Virus record (IMG/VR): IMGVR_UViG_3300024520_000047
Coordinates: 124,001 to 188,000 of that record
Length of the DNA: 64,000 nucleotides
Strand: one strand, 5' to 3'
In this document: positions 29,932-39,134 of the stretch, one piece after another
Layout of the letters: each line of letters begins with the position of its first letter
Position numbering within the stretch: the stretch's first letter is position 1
Position numbers and translations under genes: made by a program
Notes under the pieces: generated by a model
Told to the model about the DNA's origin: nothing
Databases searched by the model: none
The model's input: the letters and a program-made list of their open reading frames with translations, nothing else

Positions 29932-29953
29932 TATTTTCCTTTTTTAATAAATA

Positions 29954-32900
29954 TTATACATTCTCGAAAGATGCTCCCGTTGGTGTTATTAGGAATTCAA
30001 TATCAATGAATTCAAGGGACCTTGTAGGTTTAATATAAATCTTACCCTCTAATGTGTTCTGGTCAATTAATTGTGGGTCATCAGAAACAACAACTCTAAA
30101 GTCAGTTAATCCTCGTTCTCTTCTAATCGAATCTAATATTGGGTTTACCAAGTCTAAGAATTCGTTTCTAACTTGTTCATCGTTTTGTTCAAACAATAAT
30201 TTAACTGCCACAGCCGAAATAAGTTTTCTAGCTTGTAATAACAATCTTCTAACATTAATTCGGTCAAGTGCGGATTGTCTACTTTGTAGTGTTTTATTAC
30301 CCCAGATAATAGTACCTACGTCTGAATATGTAGCAATTGGATTAATTCTACCTTGATAAAGAGTGTCCCTTTCATCTAAAGTTAATTTCTTTCTAGCTTT
30401 AACCGCGTTTACAATACCTCTAGTATATCCAGCAGATGCAAACCAAGGGAATGAAATATTATCAGTTAATGCGATATTTCTCATAACGTCATATGTTGCT
30501 GGTAACCACACCCTTGTATTATTTTCTTGGTCATTATACTGAACCCAAGGATAATAAGTGGCGGTATAGTTAGAGTCTATTCCAGTAATATCTAAATTAT
30601 CTACCGCTTCAGTAGCTTGGATAATATTAGTAGGGTCTGTCGGGGTTGATACAAATAAATTGTAATCTGGTGTTGTTGTAATATACAACGAATCCGCTCT
30701 TTCACTTTCAATCATATCTATAGTTTCCTCTACTAGGTTACTATTAGTAGTATAATCAATACCGGGAGTCGCGAATACATTTATGTTAACCGCTTCAGGG
30801 TTTCTAAATGTTCTTATACCAAAGTAATAAGAATAATAATCTGTAGTTGCAAAATAACCAGACTCACCCCAAGGTGTTTCACTTAATAATTTAAACGAAC
30901 CATCTCCAGAGGCGTTAGGGAATTGTGTGGAAACACAAGCTCCATTTAAAAATCCTGATTTACCTCTAATATATTGGTCACTATTACTTCTGTATTTTCT
31001 GTAAATATCCCAACCATCGAAACCACCATATGGTGCTAATGTAAATTTCCTAGCTTGAATTTTGTAGTATGGGTCATTCATTGCTGTTGGTTCACTACGG
31101 AAAGCTGCGGCTCCAACCTCGAACTGATTTTCAGTTGCCGTTGTTCCAGTTGGTCCACAATTTTTACATAATGTTGTAATACATAATTCACCCAGTGTGT
31201 TTGAACACGTAGCCCCACTATCTAAGTGGAATCCTGGTGTTATACAACTCCAGTCATCACCATCTAAATCAGAACAAGTGTTAGTGGCGGGTTGTTTTCC
31301 TTTGTATTGGAAGAAGTCATCATCATAAGCTGAAGGTTCACTGTCTGAAAGACCTAAATAAACTCTTCTTATTTTATCACCAGAACTAGTTGTTGTATTA
31401 TCAGCAGATGAACTTAAAGCGAATGGTGGGTTCCATATTGTCTCACCTGGTGTGTTATATGCTGTTTTATAATAAACTGTTGGACTTTGTTGTGCCCCAT
31501 ATTGTCTAGTTGTGTAACCCTCAAAACCACAAGGTACAGCATCATATCTGTTAACATCGAGTTCTTGTTCTGGGTCCACATCTACCATGATGTATTTACT
31601 TCTTAATTCATATTCACCATTAGCTGTCCCAACCTTTACACCAACGTAAGAATTATTGTTAAGGTCCATACTACATCTAGTGAATTTCTCTAACACTGTA
31701 GGTGAAGCGTCTGTGTCGTAATAATCTCTAACTAAAATATCAAATTCTTTTCTTTCAAAACTAATGTTGATGATTGAAATTTTAACTGCCGTATTAGCTG
31801 CATTTCCATCAGCTATGGATATACACCTAAATAATTTATAAACTTTATTACCACGTAACTCAGATACTAAGTATGGGGTAGCTGGTGTTTGCCATTGTTC
31901 CTGATAAAAAGCAATGGTGTTTGTATTTGGTGTTGCTCTATATGCTGGTAAATCAATTAAATTACAATTAAGTCCTTTAATGTACCCTTTATTATAAGCA
32001 TATGTTAACATATTTGGGTACGATTCCTCTACGAATACGGGAACCTTCTCCATATCTTTATCAAATGGTTGTATTCCAAATACTCGTTTTAAATAATTTC
32101 TATTAGTTGGTGACATTGAGGTTTCAAACCTAAACATGTCCCCATCTATATCTGTTACATCAATTCCAAAAGTTGCAAATGGATTTGTAGCTATATCACC
32201 AAAAGTACTTCCCGTACACACCATTGAAACATCAGTAGCTCCAGTGACTTGATACACTGGACCACCAGAAGATAGTGTACTTTCACCCCTAGACCTTAAT
32301 GTTGCAACTACTAAATCATCATAATTACAATAGGTTTGTCCTGTAAATAAAGTATACGAAAAATCTGTAAGACCAGAATACAATGTGGTGTCCGCACTTG
32401 TACTTAAATCTGTGACGTTGGTCGGATTAACACCGATACTTAAAGCAAATCCAGTATAGGAATCAGTTCCTGGTATATTATCGAAGAAAGTGTACAACCA
32501 AGGGTCGTTAAGGTCATCACAATAATCACTACATAGTGAACCTAAGCGAGCTGTTGTGGTTGCACTATATGTTGGATAATATGTTGATGTTATGACTGTT
32601 CCATTATCTTCAGCAAATGCTCCACCCGTTCCTACATAATTACATCCCCAAGAATATGCTATAGATGCTCCAGTTAATGTTTGAAAACATGGTGTTCCTC
32701 CAGTTGCACATGTAAATGGATGTGTAAATGTATTATATGCAGCTTTAAGTAAAACATCTAATTCTGCACTTAAAGTCGTAGTACTACCATCTGTTTTTTT
32801 AATGTTAGTATTTAATTTTGATAAGATTGGGCCTGGTAATGAAGAACCAGCATCTACAAATGAGGTATCACCAAAAACACTCCCACCAGAATAAACAGTA

Positions 32901-33382
32901 TCGATAGTTCCAATATTAACATTAGCTGAACTTCCCGTTGTACTTTCCCAAGTCGTTCCGGGATTACAAGTATCACCACTAAAATCAGCACTAGTTAAAG
33001 TACTCATACACTGAGTTCTTATACTATCACAATCTACATTTCCAATAGTCGTAATGGACCAAGATGGTCCCGCGTCATATCCTGAGTAACCTAATACCCT
33101 AGTTATAAATAATTGATTTGATTGTTGTAAATATGCTTTTGCAATGTATGATAATTCATATTTGGGTATTTGTGTACCTACAAATTTTTCCGGACTAAGT
33201 CCACCAAAGTAGGTTTGGTACTCACCGTATGAACTAATAAAAATAGGTTCAAAAGCAGGACCTTGTAAGGTTTCACCCGCAATACCTAATGTCGTCACAC
33301 CCACACTTTGGGCGACGAAACTTAAATCTTTCTCCGAAGTGTAAACTCCAGGTGAAACAAATACTTTAGACTCTGATGCCAT
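29954..33382 (-). CDS. Tail sheath protein (T4 gp18-like) with large Cys-rich insertions
   Basis: VSPGVYTSEKDLS, GETLQGPAFEP, YTATYYPWV, RINPIATY..VGTIIWGNKTL, LDRINVRRLLL. Confidence 0.95.
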   Translation of the reverse strand: MASESKVFVSPGVYTSEKDLSFVAQSVGVTTLGIAGETLQGPAFEPIFISSYGEYQTYFGGLSPEKFVGTQIPKYELSYIAKAYLQQSNQLFITRVLGYSGYDAGPSWSITTIGNVDCDSIRTQCMSTLTSADFSGDTCNPGTTWESTTGSSANVNIGTIDTVYSGGSVFGDTSFVDAGSSLPGPILSKLNTNIKKTDGSTTTLSAELDVLLKAAYNTFTHPFTCATGGTPCFQTLTGASIAYSWGCNYVGTGGAFAEDNGTVITSTYYPTYSATTTARLGSLCSDYCDDLNDPWLYTFFDNIPGTDSYTGFALSIGVNPTNVTDLSTSADTTLYSGLTDFSYTLFTGQTYCNYDDLVVATLRSRGESTLSSGGPVYQVTGATDVSMVCTGSTFGDIATNPFATFGIDVTDIDGDMFRFETSMSPTNRNYLKRVFGIQPFDKDMEKVPVFVEESYPNMLTYAYNKGYIKGLNCNLIDLPAYRATPNTNTIAFYQEQWQTPATPYLVSELRGNKVYKLFRCISIADGNAANTAVKISIINISFERKEFDILVRDYYDTDASPTVLEKFTRCSMDLNNNSYVGVKVGTANGEYELRSKYIMVDVDPEQELDVNRYDAVPCGFEGYTTRQYGAQQSPTVYYKTAYNTPGETIWNPPFALSSSADNTTTSSGDKIRRVYLGLSDSEPSAYDDDFFQYKGKQPATNTCSDLDGDDWSCITPGFHLDSGATCSNTLGELCITTLCKNCGPTGTTATENQFEVGAAAFRSEPTAMNDPYYKIQARKFTLAPYGGFDGWDIYRKYRSNSDQYIRGKSGFLNGACVSTQFPNASGDGSFKLLSETPWGESGYFATTDYYSYYFGIRTFRNPEAVNINVFATPGIDYTTNSNLVEETIDMIESERADSLYITTTPDYNLFVSTPTDPTNIIQATEAVDNLDITGIDSNYTATYYPWVQYNDQENNTRVWLPATYDVMRNIALTDNISFPWFASAGYTRGIVNAVKARKKLTLDERDTLYQGRINPIATYSDVGTIIWGNKTLQSRQSALDRINVRRLLLQARKLISAVAVKLLFEQNDEQVRNEFLDLVNPILDSIRRERGLTDFRVVVSDDPQLIDQNTLEGKIYIKPTRSLEFIDIEFLITPTGASFENV

Positions 33383-33521
33383 TGTTTTTAAATTTTTCTA
33401 TTGTTGTGTTATTTTATTTTTTATATAAATATAATCTCTAAACCCAAAAGATTATAGGTATTAGACCTATTATTAGGTTGTGTAGGAAAAAAAACATACT
33501 TTTTTCATACTTATATATAGT

Positions 33522-33680
33522 ATGAGTGTCCATAGAACAAAAAATATCAAAATTACACCTAGTTCTCACAAAATCTTAAAAAACTATTGTGAAAAGAATG
33601 GTTTAAAGATGTTTGCTTTTGTGGAAAAAATAATAAGGGAAAAGTGTATCCCTAAAAAAGACATATACGGAGATACCTAA
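33522..33680 (+). CDS. Ribbon-helix-helix-like DNA-binding protein, 52 aa (missed by the track)
   Basis: MSVHRTKNIKITPSSHKILKNYCEKNGLKMFAFVEKIIREKCIPKKDIYGDT; strand-helix-helix pattern; divergent from the sheath gene. Confidence 0.7.
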   Translation: MSVHRTKNIKITPSSHKILKNYCEKNGLKMFAFVEKIIREKCIPKKDIYGDT

Positions 33681-34765
33681 CTAATATGTATCCCTAACAC
33701 CAGCGTTTTAGGATAACCAGAAGGTAAACAACATACAGCAAATTCTACAGAATCTCCCCGTGAAACATCAAACTGACCTATGTTACTTGTTAGTATAGTA
33801 CCATTTACTGTAACCACATAACTATCAACATTGTCTGCTTCTAAAATTTCTATTCTACCATTATAGTCAAAAGTCTTTGTAAGACTTAATCCTGTACCTA
33901 CAGTAAAATTTAATGTTTCAGTAAAACTTTCAGGGCTATCACCTACTGGTTGTAACCTCCTTTTTTTGTTTTTGGTACCCACTTCAAAAAGACCAACCTT
34001 TCTAGTGATTGCTGGTGTTACTACAAATTCTTCTTCATCTATTAAAAATCCCTGTAGTTGTAAGGTGTAATTTTGACTATAAAATTTTCTTTTCTCTAAA
34101 TCAGACATTTGACTTTCGTCACTAATACTGTCTAGTACTATTGGTATGTAGTGTCCCTTCACGAAAGTGTAGGCTTGTCTAGAGGTAAAGGTTTGCATTA
34201 TCACTTTATTAAACCTATTTAATTCACGCATTCTATTACACACAATTTTCAAATCATAAACTATATCAACAGGTACTGGTTGTGGAATTTTATACAGGTC
34301 CATCCCTTTTCTTTGACCGTCCCACGTCGGAACTTTTGCATAATGAAATGCTCTTCTATCTGGTATAGTGTAATTTAAAGCTGGGTTAGTCCCATACTGT
34401 ACATCAGGTCTTCTTATTACCACAAGAAAAGGTATCTCAGGATTTAAATCTTTATCTGAAAAAGACCAAGTATCTGTAAACTCCGCCCATCGTTGTAATG
34501 TTAAAATTTGGTCTACAAACGAAATTGCTTTTCCATTAATAGTAATCCTTAATCTATCTTTTACGAAATCTATCATACCCAAATCTAAATCTTCGTGTAA
34601 AACACTTTTTGGTAAAAAAGTACCGTCCTCACTAATAAACTCAGCGAGTTGTCTTCTTCGTACAGGTGTAGACGCCCCATCATACCCAGAAGGATAGTGT
34701 GGTTGATTCCTCACTACAGGGTATATATTTAAAGATTTTTTTATTTTTTTATTAATTTTACCCAT
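33677..34765 (-). CDS. Tail completion / terminator protein (T4 gp15-like)
   Basis: PVPVDIVYDLKIVCNRMRELNRF pattern; follows the gp14-like gene and precedes the sheath. Confidence 0.6.
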   Translation of the reverse strand: MGKINKKIKKSLNIYPVVRNQPHYPSGYDGASTPVRRRQLAEFISEDGTFLPKSVLHEDLDLGMIDFVKDRLRITINGKAISFVDQILTLQRWAEFTDTWSFSDKDLNPEIPFLVVIRRPDVQYGTNPALNYTIPDRRAFHYAKVPTWDGQRKGMDLYKIPQPVPVDIVYDLKIVCNRMRELNRFNKVIMQTFTSRQAYTFVKGHYIPIVLDSISDESQMSDLEKRKFYSQNYTLQLQGFLIDEEEFVVTPAITRKVGLFEVGTKNKKRRLQPVGDSPESFTETLNFTVGTGLSLTKTFDYNGRIEILEADNVDSYVVTVNGTILTSNIGQFDVSRGDSVEFAVCCLPSGYPKTLVLGIHIS

Positions 34766-34767
34766 AA

Positions 34768-35283
34768 TTAAATTCCGTTAAATTCATCTTCACTAGTAGG
34801 CACACAAACTATTGTTCTATAAAATCCTTTGTATCCAGCTATTGTATGTGCATTATCACTAGTTATCTTTCCATCATTAGCTACTGTAAAATATCTGGTA
34901 ACATCTTCAGTTTCAGGATAACCTATATAATCCCCATACTTAATGTCAATATTTAATTCTTCTAAATGTTTAATATATACCCCCAAAGTTAAATTACCAT
35001 TTTCAACATATCTCATTATACCATTACCGTAGGATTCATTAGTGGGTCCCGCAATTGTTACCATCCCATTAAATTCTACTGGGGGGTAAAACCTAATTTC
35101 TTCAGGTTTAGCTTCACCATACACATTATCAGTTTTAGTTTTAGATACATCAACACTAAATAAAACCAAAGTAAAATTTAAATTACCGTGCACATATTCC
35201 ATACCTAAAGATTCATGTAATTTAAAATCTTCAGAACCAAAAAACTTATTTATTCGAGTTATAGGTACACGTTTATTGCTCAT
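34768..35283 (-). CDS. Neck / head-closure protein (T4 gp14-like)
   Basis: DNVYGEA...FYPPVEF, LNIDIKYGDYI; synteny. Confidence 0.6.
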   Translation of the reverse strand: MSNKRVPITRINKFFGSEDFKLHESLGMEYVHGNLNFTLVLFSVDVSKTKTDNVYGEAKPEEIRFYPPVEFNGMVTIAGPTNESYGNGIMRYVENGNLTLGVYIKHLEELNIDIKYGDYIGYPETEDVTRYFTVANDGKITSDNAHTIAGYKGFYRTIVCVPTSEDEFNGI

Positions 35284-35347
35284 ATGTTTTGTTTCTTATT
35301 TATAAATATCATAATTTTACTTATATTTTTATATAAAACTATATGGT

Positions 35348-37084
35348 TTGGAAATAAAGATACCAGAAAAAGAAGCTAATAAACTTATTGGTGAATATGG
35401 CGGTGCCAATAATTTTATATTAGAATTAAAAGAAAAAATAAAAAGCAAATACTACCGATTGGGGAAATCCCAAGTAGATTATGTTTTATCACATTATACT
35501 GAAATCCCAAAAATAGCCAGAAAATATGTGGATATAGACCCTTATTTTTCAGAACAGTTACAAGAAAAACGGTTATTACCATTACAACCTAAGAAAATAT
35601 GGGTGGAAAAAATTTTAATAGAAACCCCTAAAGCTTACCACATTTGGGGTAAGATAATAGAATCAGATGACTTATATGCTTTTTGGGTACCTAAATCTCA
35701 AATAGTCCCTTCAAATACCAAAGAAATAAAAGTAGACTATTCTCCATTCAACCACCGTCCCCCTATGGAACACCAAAAACCCGCAATTGAAAATCTTTTA
35801 AAAAATGATTTATATATCCTTGCAGATGATATGGGATTGGGTAAAACAACCACCACCATTATTGCTAATATCATAGAAAAAACGGAAAAAACCCTAATAA
35901 TTTGTCCAGCCACACTAAAAATAAACTGGAAAAGAGAAATAGAAAACTACACTACAGATTCTATTAGTATAATAGAAGGAAAAATATGGGAGGATGCACA
36001 CTATGTTATAATTAATTACGATATCTTAAAAAATTTCCACAGTCTGGAAGATGAAAAAATAAGAACGATAGTAAATTCAAAATTTAAAAGGATAGTAATT
36101 GATGAAGCCCATTATATCTCTAATCCTAAAGCTCAAAGAACCAAAATAGTAAATCAAATATCAACATACGTAGGTAAGGTTTGGTTGTTAACGGGCACCC
36201 CCATGACCTCTAGACCCATCAATTATTATAACCTATTAAAATTAGTAGAAAGTAGAGTCAGTAATAATTGGGTTAGTTATGTCCGACGGTATTGTGACGC
36301 ACACCAGTTTAGAGGGCCAAATGGTAGAAAAATATGGAATGTCAACGGAGCTTCAAATTTAGAAGAATTAAGGGAAAGAACTAAGGATAAAATAACCCGT
36401 AGACTAAAAGAAGATGTTTTAGATTTACCAGATAAAATAATAACCCCAATCTATCTAGAATTAAAATCCAATGAATATGAAAAAGAAATGGGGGAATACT
36501 TGTTATGGTCAGATGAAAACCAAAATCAAAGTATCTCTATTCATTTAGCTAAACTTATGAAAGTAAGACAAATAATAGCAAATGAAAAATTAAAACATAC
36601 AAAAGAATTAATTAATGATATATTAGAACAAGATAAAAAAATTATTATTTTCACTAATTTTACAGCTCCATTAATGGAATTGGGGTCCGAATATGCCGAT
36701 ATTTCAGTTTTACTTCATGGCCAAATGTCACAAGACCAAAGGCAAAAAAGTGTAGACTCCTTCCAATCCGACCCTAAAATAAAAATTTTTATATCTAATT
36801 TAAAAGCTGGTGGTGTGGGCATCACATTAACGGAGTCGGAGGTGGTTATTATGAATGATTTAAGTTTCGTTCCTTCAGACCATTCACAAGCTGAAGATAG
36901 AGCTTTTAGGATAGGACAAAAAAATAATGTTTCGTGTATTTATCCTATTTATGAAAATACCATAGAACAAATAATTTATACTATCTTACAAAAAAAGAAA
37001 AATGTTATAGATACAGTTTTAGGAGATAATATTAATGAAGAAGATGTATTTAGTGAAATTATGAATGAATTACGTTCCAAATAA
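35348..37084 (+). CDS. SNF2-family helicase/translocase (SMARCAL1/HARP-like)
   Basis: LADDMGLGKT, IICPATLKINW, IDEAH, LTGTP, AGGVGITLT, QAEDRAFRIGQ. Confidence 0.9.
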   Translation: MEIKIPEKEANKLIGEYGGANNFILELKEKIKSKYYRLGKSQVDYVLSHYTEIPKIARKYVDIDPYFSEQLQEKRLLPLQPKKIWVEKILIETPKAYHIWGKIIESDDLYAFWVPKSQIVPSNTKEIKVDYSPFNHRPPMEHQKPAIENLLKNDLYILADDMGLGKTTTTIIANIIEKTEKTLIICPATLKINWKREIENYTTDSISIIEGKIWEDAHYVIINYDILKNFHSLEDEKIRTIVNSKFKRIVIDEAHYISNPKAQRTKIVNQISTYVGKVWLLTGTPMTSRPINYYNLLKLVESRVSNNWVSYVRRYCDAHQFRGPNGRKIWNVNGASNLEELRERTKDKITRRLKEDVLDLPDKIITPIYLELKSNEYEKEMGEYLLWSDENQNQSISIHLAKLMKVRQIIANEKLKHTKELINDILEQDKKIIIFTNFTAPLMELGSEYADISVLLHGQMSQDQRQKSVDSFQSDPKIKIFISNLKAGGVGITLTESEVVIMNDLSFVPSDHSQAEDRAFRIGQKNNVSCIYPIYENTIEQIIYTILQKKKNVIDTVLGDNINEEDVFSEIMNELRSK

Positions 37085-37129
37085 AACTCGACACTAACAT
37101 AATTTGTAATATTTATAAATAAAAGAATT

Positions 37130-38239
37130 ATGGCACAAATAACCATTTTAGATAAGGAAAAACTTTTTACTCGATTAAGGCACCAGTTAGGTGCACCAAT
37201 AGTGGGTGTTGAATTAGAAAATGAAATGTTAGATTCTCTATTAGATATAGCAATTCAAGATTATGGTATGTATGTCCAAGATTGGCTAATTGAAAATCAG
37301 TGGTCTTCCATTTATGGAATTAATGTAGACGAGGCCGATTTAGCATTAGCATACACCACCAAAACATTAGACTGGGAAACCTCATTTACTTATGCTTATT
37401 CCAAAATTGTAGGATTACAAACTGCAGGTCCTTGGATATTAAAAAAGGATTACGTTGAATTAATTCACAACCAACAAATATATCAAATCCCAGCTGGGAG
37501 AGAAATAAATGAAATATTATGGTTTACAAGACCAGAGCTAAATGAAATGTTCATTATGGGAGGCTTAGGTGGTTTTGGTGGTATGGGTTTGGGTGGAGCG
37601 GCTGGAATGGCACAAATGGGAATTGTGGGTTCTTATTTTATGATGCCTGCTTATGATATTCTATTACGAATGCAAGATAGAAATCTTAAAAATCGTCTTA
37701 TCGGTTCGGAGTTAACCTATAGAGTTACTGCAGGTCCCGAAGGAACACGTTATTTACATTTATATAATGTCCCAGGGGGGAACTTCGATTTTGGTAATGC
37801 AGAAATGCAGGGGTCCCGTGTATGGTATTGGTATTACGATGTTAATCCAGATAATGTAGATGACTGTTTAGCACAAAATAAAGATATTATTAGAGTACCT
37901 TCAGATGCCCCCCTTAATGAAATGACTTGGATTGATTTAAATCCACCAGCTAGAGCGTGGGTGAGGAGATACTTTACAGCTTTAGCAAAAGAAACATTAG
38001 GAAGAGTTAGAGGAAAATTTAGTGGAGCGTTAAAAATTCCAGACAGTGAATTAACTATGGACTACTCTAGTCTATTTAGTGAATCCCAAGACGAAAAAAC
38101 TAAATTAGCTGAAGAACTTATGACTAGATTAGAAAGATTAAGAGAAGATAAAATGATGGAACGAAAAGCATTAGTTGCTGAAAATCTCAATAAGTCTCTA
38201 GGGTATCGTCCCTTTCAAGACCCTTATAACGTAATTTAA
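37130..38239 (+). CDS. Neck protein (T4 gp13-like)
   Basis: RLRHQLGAPIVGVELENEMLD...; WVRRYFTALAKETLGRVRGKF...LTMDY. Confidence 0.75.
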   Translation: MAQITILDKEKLFTRLRHQLGAPIVGVELENEMLDSLLDIAIQDYGMYVQDWLIENQWSSIYGINVDEADLALAYTTKTLDWETSFTYAYSKIVGLQTAGPWILKKDYVELIHNQQIYQIPAGREINEILWFTRPELNEMFIMGGLGGFGGMGLGGAAGMAQMGIVGSYFMMPAYDILLRMQDRNLKNRLIGSELTYRVTAGPEGTRYLHLYNVPGGNFDFGNAEMQGSRVWYWYYDVNPDNVDDCLAQNKDIIRVPSDAPLNEMTWIDLNPPARAWVRRYFTALAKETLGRVRGKFSGALKIPDSELTMDYSSLFSESQDEKTKLAEELMTRLERLREDKMMERKALVAENLNKSLGYRPFQDPYNVI

Positions 38240-38240
38240 A

Positions 38241-39134
38241 ATGGGATATCCGTACAATGGAAGTGGGTTAAGAACACGAATAGATTTACCACGACAAGTC
38301 TATCAAAAATGTGGTACCGAAAGTCATCTTTCTGGTGGTACAAAAATAGACCAAGGATTACAAGTAATGTTATCTGGAGCATGTGCAAGTATGAGTGCTG
38401 CAACTTACGGTTTTACTATTACAGCCACTACCGGAGATACTATGGTAATTTCTATGGGTCAGGAGGCTGATACTACAATTGGTAAATCTGGATTACAAAT
38501 AAACCCAAGTATGTTAGTGTCCTCTACTGGTACAGATTTAGAATTAAATATGTCCACTGGGGAAGTCTACACCTTTTCGTCCTCGATAAGATATAAAAAA
38601 GACGTACAAAATCTGGATTATAATGATTATAAAAACGTATTAAATCTAACCCCAGTTAAATTTAAATGGAAAAGTACTAACGAAGAATCTGTAGGGTTTA
38701 TAGCTGAAGAAGCACATCAGTTAGGTCTAGATAAATTTGTAGCTTACAATACTAATGGAGATATTGAAGGTCTTAACTATAAATTATTAACTGTAGCACT
38801 AATAGGTATTCTTAAAAATGGTGTTAGCCCTAAACTTATAACTGAAAAAGTTAGCGAATCTATAGAAGATATCCCTATACTTATAACTGAGAATTATACA
38901 ACCAACACCACTAGATATATTATAGCTAAAAAAGATTTATCCATAACATTAAATGATTCTAAACTTAAAAGATTTTATATTAAATCAATGGCAAATATTT
39001 CTGTAATACCGTCAAAAGGATTAATAGATGAAGACTGGGAAGAAATAAGTATGGGGCCACAAAGTAGCATTGAATTAATTTCTCATGAAGGTAACTGGTA
39101 TGTCTTATCTTCAGACGGTCTCAAGAACTCCTAA
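38241..39134 (+). CDS. Fibre-like protein with a peptidase S74 intramolecular chaperone domain
   Basis: SSIRYKKDV...LNLTPVKFKWK...GFIAEE...GLNYKLLTVALI. Confidence 0.75.
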   Translation: MGYPYNGSGLRTRIDLPRQVYQKCGTESHLSGGTKIDQGLQVMLSGACASMSAATYGFTITATTGDTMVISMGQEADTTIGKSGLQINPSMLVSSTGTDLELNMSTGEVYTFSSSIRYKKDVQNLDYNDYKNVLNLTPVKFKWKSTNEESVGFIAEEAHQLGLDKFVAYNTNGDIEGLNYKLLTVALIGILKNGVSPKLITEKVSESIEDIPILITENYTTNTTRYIIAKKDLSITLNDSKLKRFYIKSMANISVIPSKGLIDEDWEEISMGPQSSIELISHEGNWYVLSSDGLKNS

